DNA from: an uncultured Methanosarcinales archaeon
GTDB taxonomy: Archaea > Nanobdellota > Nanobdellia > Woesearchaeales > GW2011-AR9
Length of the DNA: 63,052 bases
Direction: 5' to 3'
NCBI GenBank assembly: GCA_964598745.1
Contig: CAZRCV010000001.1
Span: 1-63,052 of the forward strand
The notes under the pieces were generated by a model. The model did not search any database, was not told where the DNA came from, and saw only the letters and a list, made by a program, of their open reading frames with translations. This document shows positions 28,101-36,631 of the stretch, piece by piece. The first letter of the stretch is position 1, and every line of letters begins with the position of its first letter. Made by a program: the position numbers and the translations under genes.

Positions 28101-28716
28101 CTTTCTTTCCTATAGTCATTTGTTTATAAACACTTAACTCCGTCGGCACTGAAATGGTTTTTAGATTAAACTGCAAGAAACCAGAATCACTAATGATAAT
28201 ACCGCTTGGATTTAATTGAACCATAATTTTTGGTTCATAATCATCATGAATCGTTTTAAATATTGCTAATTTTCTCTCAAAATAGATATCAAAAAATGGC
28301 AGGTCCATGCTGAATACGTCTGCAAGAGTGAAATTCATAGTCACTAAAATATCTTGCCAATAGAAAGTAGTAGTTTGCTTATGGGTGGTAAATGGCACCC
28401 CTATGTTCTTGAGAATAGATTTAATCAATCCTGAACAATCACGTTTATCTACAAACTCCAAAGTAATTTTATTTACAGAGGGAAGCAAGTATTGAACAAA
28501 AAATAATGGATAAAGAATATCTGGCCCGCAACCAGGATAAAATAAAACAGGATTATTCTGAGGAATAGTTAACTTCTCAGAGTAATTTAATTGGTATAAT
28601 AAATTTAATTCTTCTTCAAATAAATAATTTAATAACTTACGGAAAGAAACTGGGCTTCTTTTGATTGCTCCAGAAGGGAAGGCAGTTTCTTCCACATAAC
28701 TAATAAATCCAGCCAC
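28093..28716 (-). CDS. Hypothetical protein (207 aa), weak Rossmann/methyltransferase-like motif
   Basis: VLFYPGCGPD resembles SAM-MTase motif I. No further motif confirmed. Confidence 0.4.
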   Translation of the reverse strand: MAGFISYVEETAFPSGAIKRSPVSFRKLLNYLFEEELNLLYQLNYSEKLTIPQNNPVLFYPGCGPDILYPLFFVQYLLPSVNKITLEFVDKRDCSGLIKSILKNIGVPFTTHKQTTTFYWQDILVTMNFTLADVFSMDLPFFDIYFERKLAIFKTIHDDYEPKIMVQLNPSGIIISDSGFLQFNLKTISVPTELSVYKQMTIGKKVT

Positions 28717-28737
28717 TAACAGTTTGATTCAAGAGAA

Positions 28738-28747
28738 ATATTTAAAA
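28738..28747 (+). promoter_or_regulatory. TATA-box-like element upstream of tRNA-Arg
   Basis: ATATTTAAAA centred about 28 nt upstream of tRNA position 1 (28772). tRNA-Cys and tRNA-Leu show the same spacing. Confidence 0.5.
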
Positions 28748-28771
28748 GTTGTTTACTTATTTAATGTTCAG

Positions 28772-28904
28772 GGGCCAGTAGCCTAGCCTGGAAACTTAGG
28801 GTAAATAGGGCGTCAGCCTTCTATCCTCGCGGAAAGATAGCTGAAGATCGTGGGTTCAAATAGTAGCTGCATTTCGCAGTTTGTTGAAAGTCCCTCCTGG
28901 CCCG
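28772..28904 (+). tRNA. tRNA-Arg(UCU) with three predicted introns (D-loop, 37/38, T-loop)
   Basis: Hand-folded. Acceptor GGGCCAG/CTGGCCC plus G73. D-arm GCCT-AGCCTGG[~28792-28805]TA-GGGC. Anticodon stem TCAGC/GCTGA with loop CTTCTA[28824-28838]A. T-stem GTGGG/CCCTC with ~30 nt (about 28860-28889) inserted in the TTCAA..T loop. Mature length ~74 nt. Confidence 0.7.
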
Positions 28905-28905
28905 C

Positions 28906-28913
28906 TTTTTTTT
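28906..28913 (+). terminator. Oligo-T terminator after tRNA-Arg
   Basis: Run of 8 T starting 2 nt after the discriminator base. Archaeal transcription terminates at oligo-T tracts. Confidence 0.5.
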
Positions 28914-29015
28914 AATTATCAGTTTAATTATTCAAAAATAAAAAAAAACATAACTTATTAAACAAGATTAAATGAATATTATTTTTGCTGTTATTTGCGT
29001 TAAAAAGAGGTCTTT

Positions 29016-30779
29016 ATGAAGGAACCTTATGGTGTAGAAAAGGATATTGGGTTTATGGGAGTTCTGTCAATAACTTTTAGAAGCATGATTCATGCTTTTC
29101 CTTTAATTTTTGCTAGCTTATTACTATTGGCTACAATTGCTGGTATTCTATTAACTGCTGCCCCTAGAATTTTCCAACAGATTATCGACTTTATTATTGC
29201 TGGAGAAAGTAAGGACATTTTTTTAAAATCGTTGATTTTATATGGAGTTTGCCTTTTTGTTGGGCTTATTTGTAAATTTGGAGCTACCAAGATTAGCTTT
29301 TATATTGCTACACAAGTAGAAGATTGTTGGAGATACAAGGGGTTAAATCATTATTACAACCTGCACTTAGCGTGGCATGATAAGCATGATTCCGGAGAAG
29401 TTGCTACTAAAATTGATAAAGGCGGCGGAGCGATTTTTGCATTATTATATGAGCTTTTTGGCCATAATTTGTTAGTTTCATTAATAACTCTTTTATTTGT
29501 GCTAATTTACACTTTTCTAACCTTCCCCTGGTTTGGAATGGCATTACTTCTTCCAATTCCGTTGTATATCGCTGTAACTTTCATTATTTCGCAAAAAATC
29601 GCCAAAGCGCAAGGCAAATTAAACAGGTTGGAAACAAAAGCCAGTCGAGCACTCTATGATGGGGTTTCTAACGTGAGAGCGGTAAAAGCCTTTGGAAAGG
29701 AAGAATTAGAAACAAAATATTATGCCGGACGATGGGATAAGTATCACAGTCATGAATACAAAGTTGAACGGTTATGGTTTACTCAAGAATTCATTCAAAC
29801 CGCGATAGAAGTAATTTTAAGAATTGCCATTCTAACTTACTGCATTTATGCTGTCATTAACAATAAAATAACTATCGGCCAGTTGATTTTAATCATTAGT
29901 TACCAGCAAATGACTTTTGCGCCGTTAGCTCAACTGAATCAATTATTTACAAGAGTGAGGAGAAAAGCCAAACAAGCTTCCCATTTGTTTGAGATCATTA
30001 GCGAACCAGATCTCTTGAGAGATAGAAAAGAGGCAAAAATTATTGAACCATTAAAAGGAAAAATTGAATTTAAAGATGTAACTTTTGAGTATCAAAAAAA
30101 AGCTGCGGCATTGCATAATATCAATCTACAACTACCTGCAGGAACAACTACCGCATTGGTAGGCAGAAGCGGCGCAGGAAAATCAACTTTGGCTTTATTA
30201 TTGCTAAGGTTTTATGATCCTGACAGCGGTGTAATTAGTTATGATGGAGTAGATTTGCGAGATATTAAACGCGCCTCGCTGCGGCAGCAAATGGCCTGGA
30301 TTCCACAAGATACCAGCTTGTTTAATCGAACCATTAAAGAAAATATAGCTTATGGCAAAGCAGGAGTTGTCATGGCACAAATAGAGCAAGCTGCGCGCCT
30401 GGCCCATGCTCACGAATTTATTTTAAACACACCTAATGGATATAATTCAGTTATTGGAGAAAGAGGTGTTAAATTATCTGGAGGACAAAGACAGCGCATT
30501 GCTATTGCCCGTTCGCTGCTGACAAAACCAAGCCTTTTAATTATGGATGAGTCCACTAGCCACTTAGACAGTGAAACTGAAAAGGCTATCAGTGAATCCA
30601 TTCGGGAACTGCATCATAAAACAACGCAAGTAATTATAGCCCACCGCCTTTCAACCATCTTACATGCTGACCAGATTGTTGTTTTAGACCAAGGAAAAAT
30701 TATAGCAGTAGGCAAGCACCCAGAGTTATTAAACAATCAAATATATAAAAAATTATATCAACTGCAGTTTCATCACTAA
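29016..30779 (+). CDS. ABC exporter, fused permease/ATPase (MsbA/MdlB-like)
   Basis: Six-TM N-terminal half. Walker A GRSGAGKST, signature LSGGQRQR, Walker B LLIMDEST, H-loop AHRL. Confidence 0.9.
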   Translation: MKEPYGVEKDIGFMGVLSITFRSMIHAFPLIFASLLLLATIAGILLTAAPRIFQQIIDFIIAGESKDIFLKSLILYGVCLFVGLICKFGATKISFYIATQVEDCWRYKGLNHYYNLHLAWHDKHDSGEVATKIDKGGGAIFALLYELFGHNLLVSLITLLFVLIYTFLTFPWFGMALLLPIPLYIAVTFIISQKIAKAQGKLNRLETKASRALYDGVSNVRAVKAFGKEELETKYYAGRWDKYHSHEYKVERLWFTQEFIQTAIEVILRIAILTYCIYAVINNKITIGQLILIISYQQMTFAPLAQLNQLFTRVRRKAKQASHLFEIISEPDLLRDRKEAKIIEPLKGKIEFKDVTFEYQKKAAALHNINLQLPAGTTTALVGRSGAGKSTLALLLLRFYDPDSGVISYDGVDLRDIKRASLRQQMAWIPQDTSLFNRTIKENIAYGKAGVVMAQIEQAARLAHAHEFILNTPNGYNSVIGERGVKLSGGQRQRIAIARSLLTKPSLLIMDESTSHLDSETEKAISESIRELHHKTTQVIIAHRLSTILHADQIVVLDQGKIIAVGKHPELLNNQIYKKLYQLQFHH

Positions 30780-30890
30780 ATAAAACCAAAAAATGATATT
30801 GGGTTTTATATTTTACTCACTGATTAAAAGTCAAAAAATTGCTTGAACTTTCCCACTTTGGAAAGACTTCCCACGCCCTTCCGCAGGATA

Positions 30891-31022
30891 TCAATAGGCC
30901 TTGCTGCAAACATTATATTTTAGTTTTTGTGCATCCTTTGGGGCATGGTGTTTCACAAAATTGGCCATTCTGCTCAAATCTTGCAACAGTTTTATTTTAT
31001 TATAATTGCAATGACCTAACAT
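30891..31022 (-). CDS. Possible 43-aa small protein
   Basis: ATG preceded by GAGGTGAT with a 4-nt spacer (strong SD-like motif). No homology recognised. Lies in an otherwise unassigned 385-nt gap. Confidence 0.25.
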   Translation of the reverse strand: MLGHCNYNKIKLLQDLSRMANFVKHHAPKDAQKLKYNVCSKAY

Positions 31023-31132
31023 TACTATCACCTCGCTCTCTTAAGAATTAACTTTATTCTTAACAGGTTATAATCATTTTAAAGAGTATAGATAAACCGG
31101 TTAAATTCAAAAGAAATTATCCTCCGCGAAAA

Positions 31133-31142
31133 CTATATAAAG
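31133..31142 (+). promoter_or_regulatory. TATA-box-like element upstream of tRNA-Cys
   Basis: CTATATAAAG centred about 28 nt upstream of tRNA position 1 (31166). Confidence 0.55.
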
Positions 31143-31165
31143 TATTGATTATCTGAATCACTCAG

Positions 31166-31294
31166 GCGCTCGTAGCCAAGCGGCTAAGGCAATCGCCTGC
31201 AGAACCGCTAAGATGAGCCAATGAAATGGTTATGGCTTAGAAGACAGCGATCATTCGAGGGTTCGAGATTTGAGCGAAAATCCCTCCGAGCGCT
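31166..31294 (+). tRNA. tRNA-Cys(GCA) with two predicted introns (43 nt at 37/38, 13 nt in the T-loop)
   Basis: Hand-folded. Acceptor GCGCTCG/CGAGCGC plus U73. D-arm GCCAAGCGGCTAAGGC. Anticodon stem ATCGC/GCGAT with loop CTGCAG[31203-31245]A. T-stem GAGGG/CCCTC with loop TTCGA[31267-31279]AT. Mature length is exactly 73 nt. Confidence 0.8.
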
Positions 31295-31320
31295 TTTAAT
31301 ATCTAATCGATGATAGAGAG

Positions 31321-31761
31321 ATGAGACAAAAAGCTACTTTTGCTTTAGGTTGTTTCTGGGAACCACAAGATTATTTTTCTAAATTACCCGGAGTAATTAC
31401 TATTACTGTAGGTTATATTGGAGGAAAATCCAAAAATCCAACTTACGCAAAAGTTTGCGGGGGTAATACGGGGCATAGTGAAGCAATAGAAATAATCTTT
31501 GACGATGAATTGATTTCCTTTAAGCAGTTATTAAATCACTTTTGGAAATGGCATAACCCTACAGAGAAGAACATCAACCAATACGCTTCAGCTATTTTTT
31601 ACCATAACGAAAACCAAAAAAAACAAGCTAATGATAGTAAAAAATGTATAGAAAACAAGTTAGGATCAAAAGTAGTGACTAAAATTATCAAGGCTACTAT
31701 TTTTTATCAAGCAGAGGAATATCATCAAAGATTTTTGGAGAAAATGACCAGATTTAAATAA
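31321..31761 (+). CDS. msrA: Peptide methionine (S)-sulfoxide reductase MsrA
   Basis: ATFALGCFWEPQ active-site motif, GYIGG..NPTY..VC.G.TGH.E, EEYHQ. Confidence 0.85.
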   Translation: MRQKATFALGCFWEPQDYFSKLPGVITITVGYIGGKSKNPTYAKVCGGNTGHSEAIEIIFDDELISFKQLLNHFWKWHNPTEKNINQYASAIFYHNENQKKQANDSKKCIENKLGSKVVTKIIKATIFYQAEEYHQRFLEKMTRFK

Positions 31762-31796
31762 TTCTCCGGTCTCATTTTTGTTAGAGGTTTATCTGT

Positions 31797-32174
31797 ATGG
31801 CAAATAAGTCTGAAAATAAATATACACGTTCTGATTTTCGCATTACTAGAAACAATGTGTTGGGCGATTATATTAATGCTTGGAATCCCCATTGGTCAGC
31901 TCATGAAGAAATTAAGATTATTACTGCTAAAGGTCTTGTGGCCTTTTCTCAAGATTTAGCGCTCATTAAACAACCTATCCAACGATATAAACAGTATATC
32001 AGTAACAAATATCCAACTAGATTAAAACAACTTTTAGAGGAAAGCGACTCTGCTGTTGTTGAAAAAATAAATGCCTTAGTAGAATTGTTTAACCAAGAAT
32101 TAAAACAAGGGCATCAAGATAAAGAGGTTTTTCTGAAATATTATAATGCAGTAAAAGTCTTGATGGGGAAATAA
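31797..32174 (+). CDS. Hypothetical protein (125 aa)
   Basis: ATG ORF. No recognisable motif. Confidence 0.35.
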   Translation: MANKSENKYTRSDFRITRNNVLGDYINAWNPHWSAHEEIKIITAKGLVAFSQDLALIKQPIQRYKQYISNKYPTRLKQLLEESDSAVVEKINALVELFNQELKQGHQDKEVFLKYYNAVKVLMGK

Positions 32175-32505
32175 TTTAGTAGACTTCCCTTTTTTGTGAA
32201 GTTTATATAATTTTAACACTTACTTTAACAAAATATTTTCTTAATAGAGCGGGAAAACAGGCATCAACAGCGCCATAGATTGCATCATTATCACCAGCAA
32301 AAAACGTATTTTTCAAAACTTAGGCCCATATTGTTTCTTCTTTGCTGGGGGCTATTTTTGATGGTTTGATTATAATGGGAGTATTATTGTACTAACTAAA
32401 CAATTCTGACTACAATCGAAGTTAGTAAAAATTTAGAGTAGAATCGCACCATTTAGCCGAAAATAGAGAAAATAGATATAAATAAACAGAACATTCAAGA
32501 CAACA

Positions 32506-33591
32506 ATGAAAAAGAACTCTTTAGCCTCATTAGAATTGGCAGCTATTATTAATGAACTGCAGTTTTTAAAAAATGGCAAGATTTCCCAGATTTATCACCA
32601 AAATGAAGAATTATTGCTGCAGTTGCATACACCTAGCTTACGCAAGCAATTTTTGAAAATTATTCCCGGCAAGTTACTTTGTTTAACCATCAATAAAAAT
32701 CCACCCTTAAGACCTTCTGGATTTTGCATGCAGCTGCGCAAATACTTAGATAATGCTGTTATAACAGATCTTTACCAAAAAGACGCTCAAAGAATAGTGG
32801 TGTTGGAATTAGAAAAAAAAGAGGCCTATTTTTTAATCATAGAATTATTTTCTAAAGGGAACATTATTTTAACTAACCACGCCTTTAATATTATCGGGGT
32901 TCTGCAGCCACAAATTTGGAAAGATCGAGTAGTTAAAGCAAAACAAGATTATGTTTTCCCATTGCCGGGAGTTAATTGGAAGGGACTAAAACTAGCTGAA
33001 TTTGAGAAAATTATTAAAATAAGCGATAAAAAAAATATTGCTACAACTTTAGCTACGGAATTAAATCTAGGCGGAGTTTACGCAGAAGAAATTTGCGCTA
33101 TGGCTGGTGTTGATAAAAACTTGCTAGCTACAAATTTAACTTTGATGCAGTGTCAGCTCCTCTACAGCGAACTGAAAGAGGCATTAAGAAAAATCTTGCA
33201 TCCGCAGGGATTTATCTACGTAGAACAAATTACCCCCTTTAAACTGGCTGGCCCAGAACCGATTACTGTCACTAAAACCTATAATGAAGCCATTGATTCT
33301 TTAAATCCTTTTCAAAGAACTACCCCGCTTGAAAGGAAGATTAATACTATCAACAGGAGAATTATTGAACAGGAGGATGTGATTAAATCTCTGGGACAGA
33401 AGATAACTGTCGCCCAAAGAAGCGGGGAATTGATTTATGAAAATTACACTTCATTAAAAACGTTATTACAATTGGTTGCAGAGTTAAAGGTTAACCACAA
33501 CTGGATTGAAATGATGGATGAGTTAAAACGACAAAATAGGATTACTCAATTTAATCTTAAACATAAAACAGTAGTAGTAAATTTATCTTAA
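32506..33591 (+). CDS. NFACT-N domain protein (Rqc2/FbpA homologue), C-terminally short
   Basis: N-terminus LELAAIINELQFLKNGKISQIYHQNEELLLQL.. and a later HhH-like LNLGGVYAEEIC segment match the NFACT-N architecture. It ends in the coiled-coil region, and no DUF814/NFACT-R part was recognised. Confidence 0.6.
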   Translation: MKKNSLASLELAAIINELQFLKNGKISQIYHQNEELLLQLHTPSLRKQFLKIIPGKLLCLTINKNPPLRPSGFCMQLRKYLDNAVITDLYQKDAQRIVVLELEKKEAYFLIIELFSKGNIILTNHAFNIIGVLQPQIWKDRVVKAKQDYVFPLPGVNWKGLKLAEFEKIIKISDKKNIATTLATELNLGGVYAEEICAMAGVDKNLLATNLTLMQCQLLYSELKEALRKILHPQGFIYVEQITPFKLAGPEPITVTKTYNEAIDSLNPFQRTTPLERKINTINRRIIEQEDVIKSLGQKITVAQRSGELIYENYTSLKTLLQLVAELKVNHNWIEMMDELKRQNRITQFNLKHKTVVVNLS

Positions 33592-33628
33592 GAAAAAACT
33601 AAGGTAAAGATTATGAAATAAATAGCTT

Positions 33629-34372
33629 ATGATTAAAAATTCTTTTATATTTCTAGATAAAATCGGTGAAAACGGCGAGTTTAATCTTTGGAAGAATAAA
33701 ATTACTAATTGGCAGGAATTCTTAGCAGCAAAACAAATTAAAGGCATCTCTTCCCTGCGCAAGGAACACTACAACAGAAGATTGTTGCAAGCTTCGCGAG
33801 CCTTGCAAGATGAAGATTATGATTATTTTGTAGGAAAACTTCCCCCTAAGGAAATGTGGAGGCTGTACCCCCAATGCCGCGAAACCTGCTGCTTCTTGGA
33901 TGTGGAAGTTGATAGCGCGGGGTCAATCATCCTGGTGGGAGTTTCCGATTATTTTCATACTAATTTTTTTGTAAAAGGAATAAACTTAACTAAGAAGCAG
34001 CTAGAAAAAGAATTAGACCAATACCAGCTGATTATTACTTTTAATGGTTCGGCTTTTGATTTGCCTAAATTAACCAAACAATTTGCTGTCAGCAACAAAG
34101 CCCATATTGACCTTAAGCCACTATGCGCCAGTTTAGGATTAACTGGAGGCTTAAAAGACATTGAAAAAAGGCTCAATCTTAAACGACCACCTCACCTTTA
34201 TGGCAATCCTATTAGCTTGTGGAAATCTTTTAAGGCCTCTGGAGACAAAGAGTATTTAGATTTGTTAATCGAATACAACCGCGAGGATGTAGAAAATCTC
34301 AAATTAATTATAGAGTGGGTGTACAAGAACAAAAGTGAACTTCTGCAAAGAAAGGTTGTGTCAATTAAATAA
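33629..34372 (+). CDS. RNase H-like superfamily 3'-5' exonuclease (YprB/PolB-exo-like)
   Basis: DEDD-like motifs FLDVEVD, ITFNGSAFDLPKL, EYNREDVENL. Confidence 0.6.
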   Translation: MIKNSFIFLDKIGENGEFNLWKNKITNWQEFLAAKQIKGISSLRKEHYNRRLLQASRALQDEDYDYFVGKLPPKEMWRLYPQCRETCCFLDVEVDSAGSIILVGVSDYFHTNFFVKGINLTKKQLEKELDQYQLIITFNGSAFDLPKLTKQFAVSNKAHIDLKPLCASLGLTGGLKDIEKRLNLKRPPHLYGNPISLWKSFKASGDKEYLDLLIEYNREDVENLKLIIEWVYKNKSELLQRKVVSIK

Positions 34373-34410
34373 AGAAAAAGATTAAAAAGAATTAGATATC
34401 TATAACTGTT

Positions 34411-35529
34411 ATGAAGTATACTGTCACGCCGTGGGAAGTAAAAGGAAATGTTGATTATGATAAATTGATTAAAGAGTTTGGCCTAAAACCTTTAAATGAT
34501 TTACCGAAGGTATTCTTGAATGAACTATTGTTTCGAAGAGGTCTAGTTTTTGCAGGACGCGATTTTGGTCAGATTATCGATTGCATTACAAATAATAAAC
34601 CTTTTGCAATGATAACCGGCCTTATGCCATCAGGAAAATTTCATTTTGGGCATATGATGGTAGCAAAACAAATTAATTTTTATCAGAAATTGGGTGCTAA
34701 AGTGTATTTAGCAGTTGCCGATATTGAAGCATATAACTCCAGAAATCCTAATCTTAAAGAGCTACATAAGACCGCAATCGAAGAATACCTTATGAATTAT
34801 GTTGCACTGGGACTTGATCTTTCTAAGTGTGATTTCTATTTCCAATCTAAGAGATCTAAAGATGGAAGAAAAGCAAGTGCATATTACAGTTTGGCTGGTA
34901 TGCTCGCAAGACACGTTACTTTTAATGAATTAAGAGCTATTTACGGCGATATTGAACCAGGAAAAATGGCCGCAGCATTGCTACAAGCAGCAGATATGCT
35001 GCATCCACAACTACCTGATTTTAGTGGAACAATTCCAGTCCTAGTTCCAGTAGGTGCCGATCAAGATCCGCACTTGCGGTTAGCGAGGGATTTGTCAAAG
35101 CGATATAATGTCCACAAGTTTTTACCCCTTAGTTCAACAATCCATAAGTTTATGATGGGGCTTAAAGGAGGAAAAATGTCTTCTTCTGATGAGAATTCTT
35201 ATATTGCATTGACTGACAGCCCTAGTGTTGCTGCTAAAAAAATTAACAAATATGCTTTTTCGGGAGGTCAACCAACTATTGAAGAGCATCGCAAAAAAGG
35301 AGGAAATCCTGATATCGATGTTAGTTTTCAAATGTTGTTGTATGGTTTTGAAGAAGATGACAATAAGTTAAGCAAGATTTATAAGAATTACACCGCAGGA
35401 AAGATGCTTACTGGTGAGTTGAAAAAGTATCTGATAGAGAAAGTTACTGTATTTTTAGAGGAACATCAGCGAAAAAGAAAAAGGGCCGAAAATATTGTTA
35501 ATAAGTATGTAAAAGATAACTTCCTTTAA
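34411..35529 (+). CDS. trpS: Tryptophanyl-tRNA synthetase
   Basis: Class I motifs PSGKFHFGH (HIGH) and KMSSS (KMSKS). ADIEAY and the overall length fit archaeal/eukaryotic-type TrpRS. A separate TyrRS lies at 61159..62190. Confidence 0.8.
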   Translation: MKYTVTPWEVKGNVDYDKLIKEFGLKPLNDLPKVFLNELLFRRGLVFAGRDFGQIIDCITNNKPFAMITGLMPSGKFHFGHMMVAKQINFYQKLGAKVYLAVADIEAYNSRNPNLKELHKTAIEEYLMNYVALGLDLSKCDFYFQSKRSKDGRKASAYYSLAGMLARHVTFNELRAIYGDIEPGKMAAALLQAADMLHPQLPDFSGTIPVLVPVGADQDPHLRLARDLSKRYNVHKFLPLSSTIHKFMMGLKGGKMSSSDENSYIALTDSPSVAAKKINKYAFSGGQPTIEEHRKKGGNPDIDVSFQMLLYGFEEDDNKLSKIYKNYTAGKMLTGELKKYLIEKVTVFLEEHQRKRKRAENIVNKYVKDNFL

Positions 35530-35609
35530 AAAATTGGTGGTTAAGTAAAACTTAACAAAAGATAGGTTTAAATAACCTTTTGACTTTCTGAAAGTTAGAG
35601 GTGATTTAA

Positions 35610-35966
35610 ATGACAAACAATTTAAGCAGTTCTGCACCATACCTAGTCATAGTTGCTGTGGTGGCTGTTGTCGCTGTCGCTACTTTGGTAACCAATAACA
35701 CTTCGGGTAGTAACCTTGGCTTAAACGTGCAAGGCGCGCCCGTGGCTGATTTTGTTGACGGCTGTTACGAATCTGACCCAGACTACAAGTTTGAAGAGAA
35801 AGGGTTTGTGCAAGTTGGCAGTGATAAAAAATTTGATTACTGCGTTGGCGATGTTTTGCACCAATACAGCTGCGAAGGTAAAGTAGCGCGGCTATTAAGG
35901 CCTATTGACTGTCAATTTGGGTGTGAGAATGGCATCTGTCTAAGCGAGCCTAAATATGGACAATAA
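35610..35966 (+). CDS. Small membrane-anchored/secreted Cys-rich protein (118 aa)
   Basis: GAGGTGAT SD-like motif 5 nt upstream of the ATG. N-terminal TM helix (VIVAVVAVVAVATLV). Six Cys in the extracytoplasmic part. Confidence 0.55.
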   Translation: MTNNLSSSAPYLVIVAVVAVVAVATLVTNNTSGSNLGLNVQGAPVADFVDGCYESDPDYKFEEKGFVQVGSDKKFDYCVGDVLHQYSCEGKVARLLRPIDCQFGCENGICLSEPKYGQ

Positions 35967-36008
35967 GAAAAATATTTTATTTTATTATAAATTTAATGAT
36001 ATTTGGTC

Positions 36009-36230
36009 ATGAAAACTGCCAAACAATTTCCGGATAAAAAACATGCGCAGAAATGGCATGCCGCTCCTTTAAAGGGTAGCTTTATGGTTTTTGCTATTTT
36101 AGGTTTTTTTATTTCAGCTTACTTAATTAATAATTCCGCTTGGAGATTAGCTTTTTTAATAGTGTTTGCGGCGATGTTTATAGCCTCGTTAATCAGTTTG
36201 AGCAAAGCTGATCTTATGCTAGAGAAATAA
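36009..36230 (+). CDS. Small two-TM membrane protein
   Basis: Two hydrophobic helices. ATG at 36009 (the track start at 36003 is TTG). Confidence 0.35.
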   Translation: MKTAKQFPDKKHAQKWHAAPLKGSFMVFAILGFFISAYLINNSAWRLAFLIVFAAMFIASLISLSKADLMLEK

Positions 36231-36268
36231 CTTTCTATAAGCTAATTAAAAAAATTAATAAAGGATTA

Positions 36269-36574
36269 TTATTTAAACATTTGATCAAATTTTTCCTTAG
36301 CTTTGCTTTCCTTCCAGAATACAGCGTGGCTGGCTTTTTTCTCAAATAAGGCAATAGCCAACTTTATCCTATTTTCATCGGTATTAATTCCATGCTTTAT
36401 TGCCATTACCTTGGCTTCCCGCAAGCAGTTATTAAGAATTCGCACATTTTCATGAGAACAAACTTCTTCTGCCTCCTGTTCTTCTTGCTCTGTTAAGTAA
36501 ACTTCCTCCCAAATAGGGTAAGTAGTTCCAGGATCCTTTTTCGGAAAGGTTTTGGAAAACATTTCCTTAATCAT
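36269..36574 (-). CDS. Hypothetical acidic protein (101 aa from an internal ATG)
   Basis: ORF on the minus strand. The long 36679 start would overlap the divergent GTPase gene, so the ATG at 36574 (MIKEMFSK..) is preferred. Confidence 0.35.
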   Translation of the reverse strand: MIKEMFSKTFPKKDPGTTYPIWEEVYLTEQEEQEAEEVCSHENVRILNNCLREAKVMAIKHGINTDENRIKLAIALFEKKASHAVFWKESKAKEKFDQMFK

Positions 36575-36631
36575 CCCCCGACTAAATAAAAAAGTTGTGA
36601 AATAAGCAGGTTTAAAAAGAATAAATTGTTT

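Noticed and set aside
30839-31051. Plus-strand 70-aa ORF in the gap before tRNA-Cys.
   Set aside because: TTG start, no SD-like motif, odd composition. Kept only as part of the 'unassigned gap' observation.
32358-32409. Possible C/D box sRNA (TTGATGG ... CTGA about 50 nt apart) in the 330-nt gap before the NFACT gene.
   Set aside because: The C box deviates from RUGAUGA. I found no convincing C'/D' pair or terminal stem. It cannot be supported by eye.
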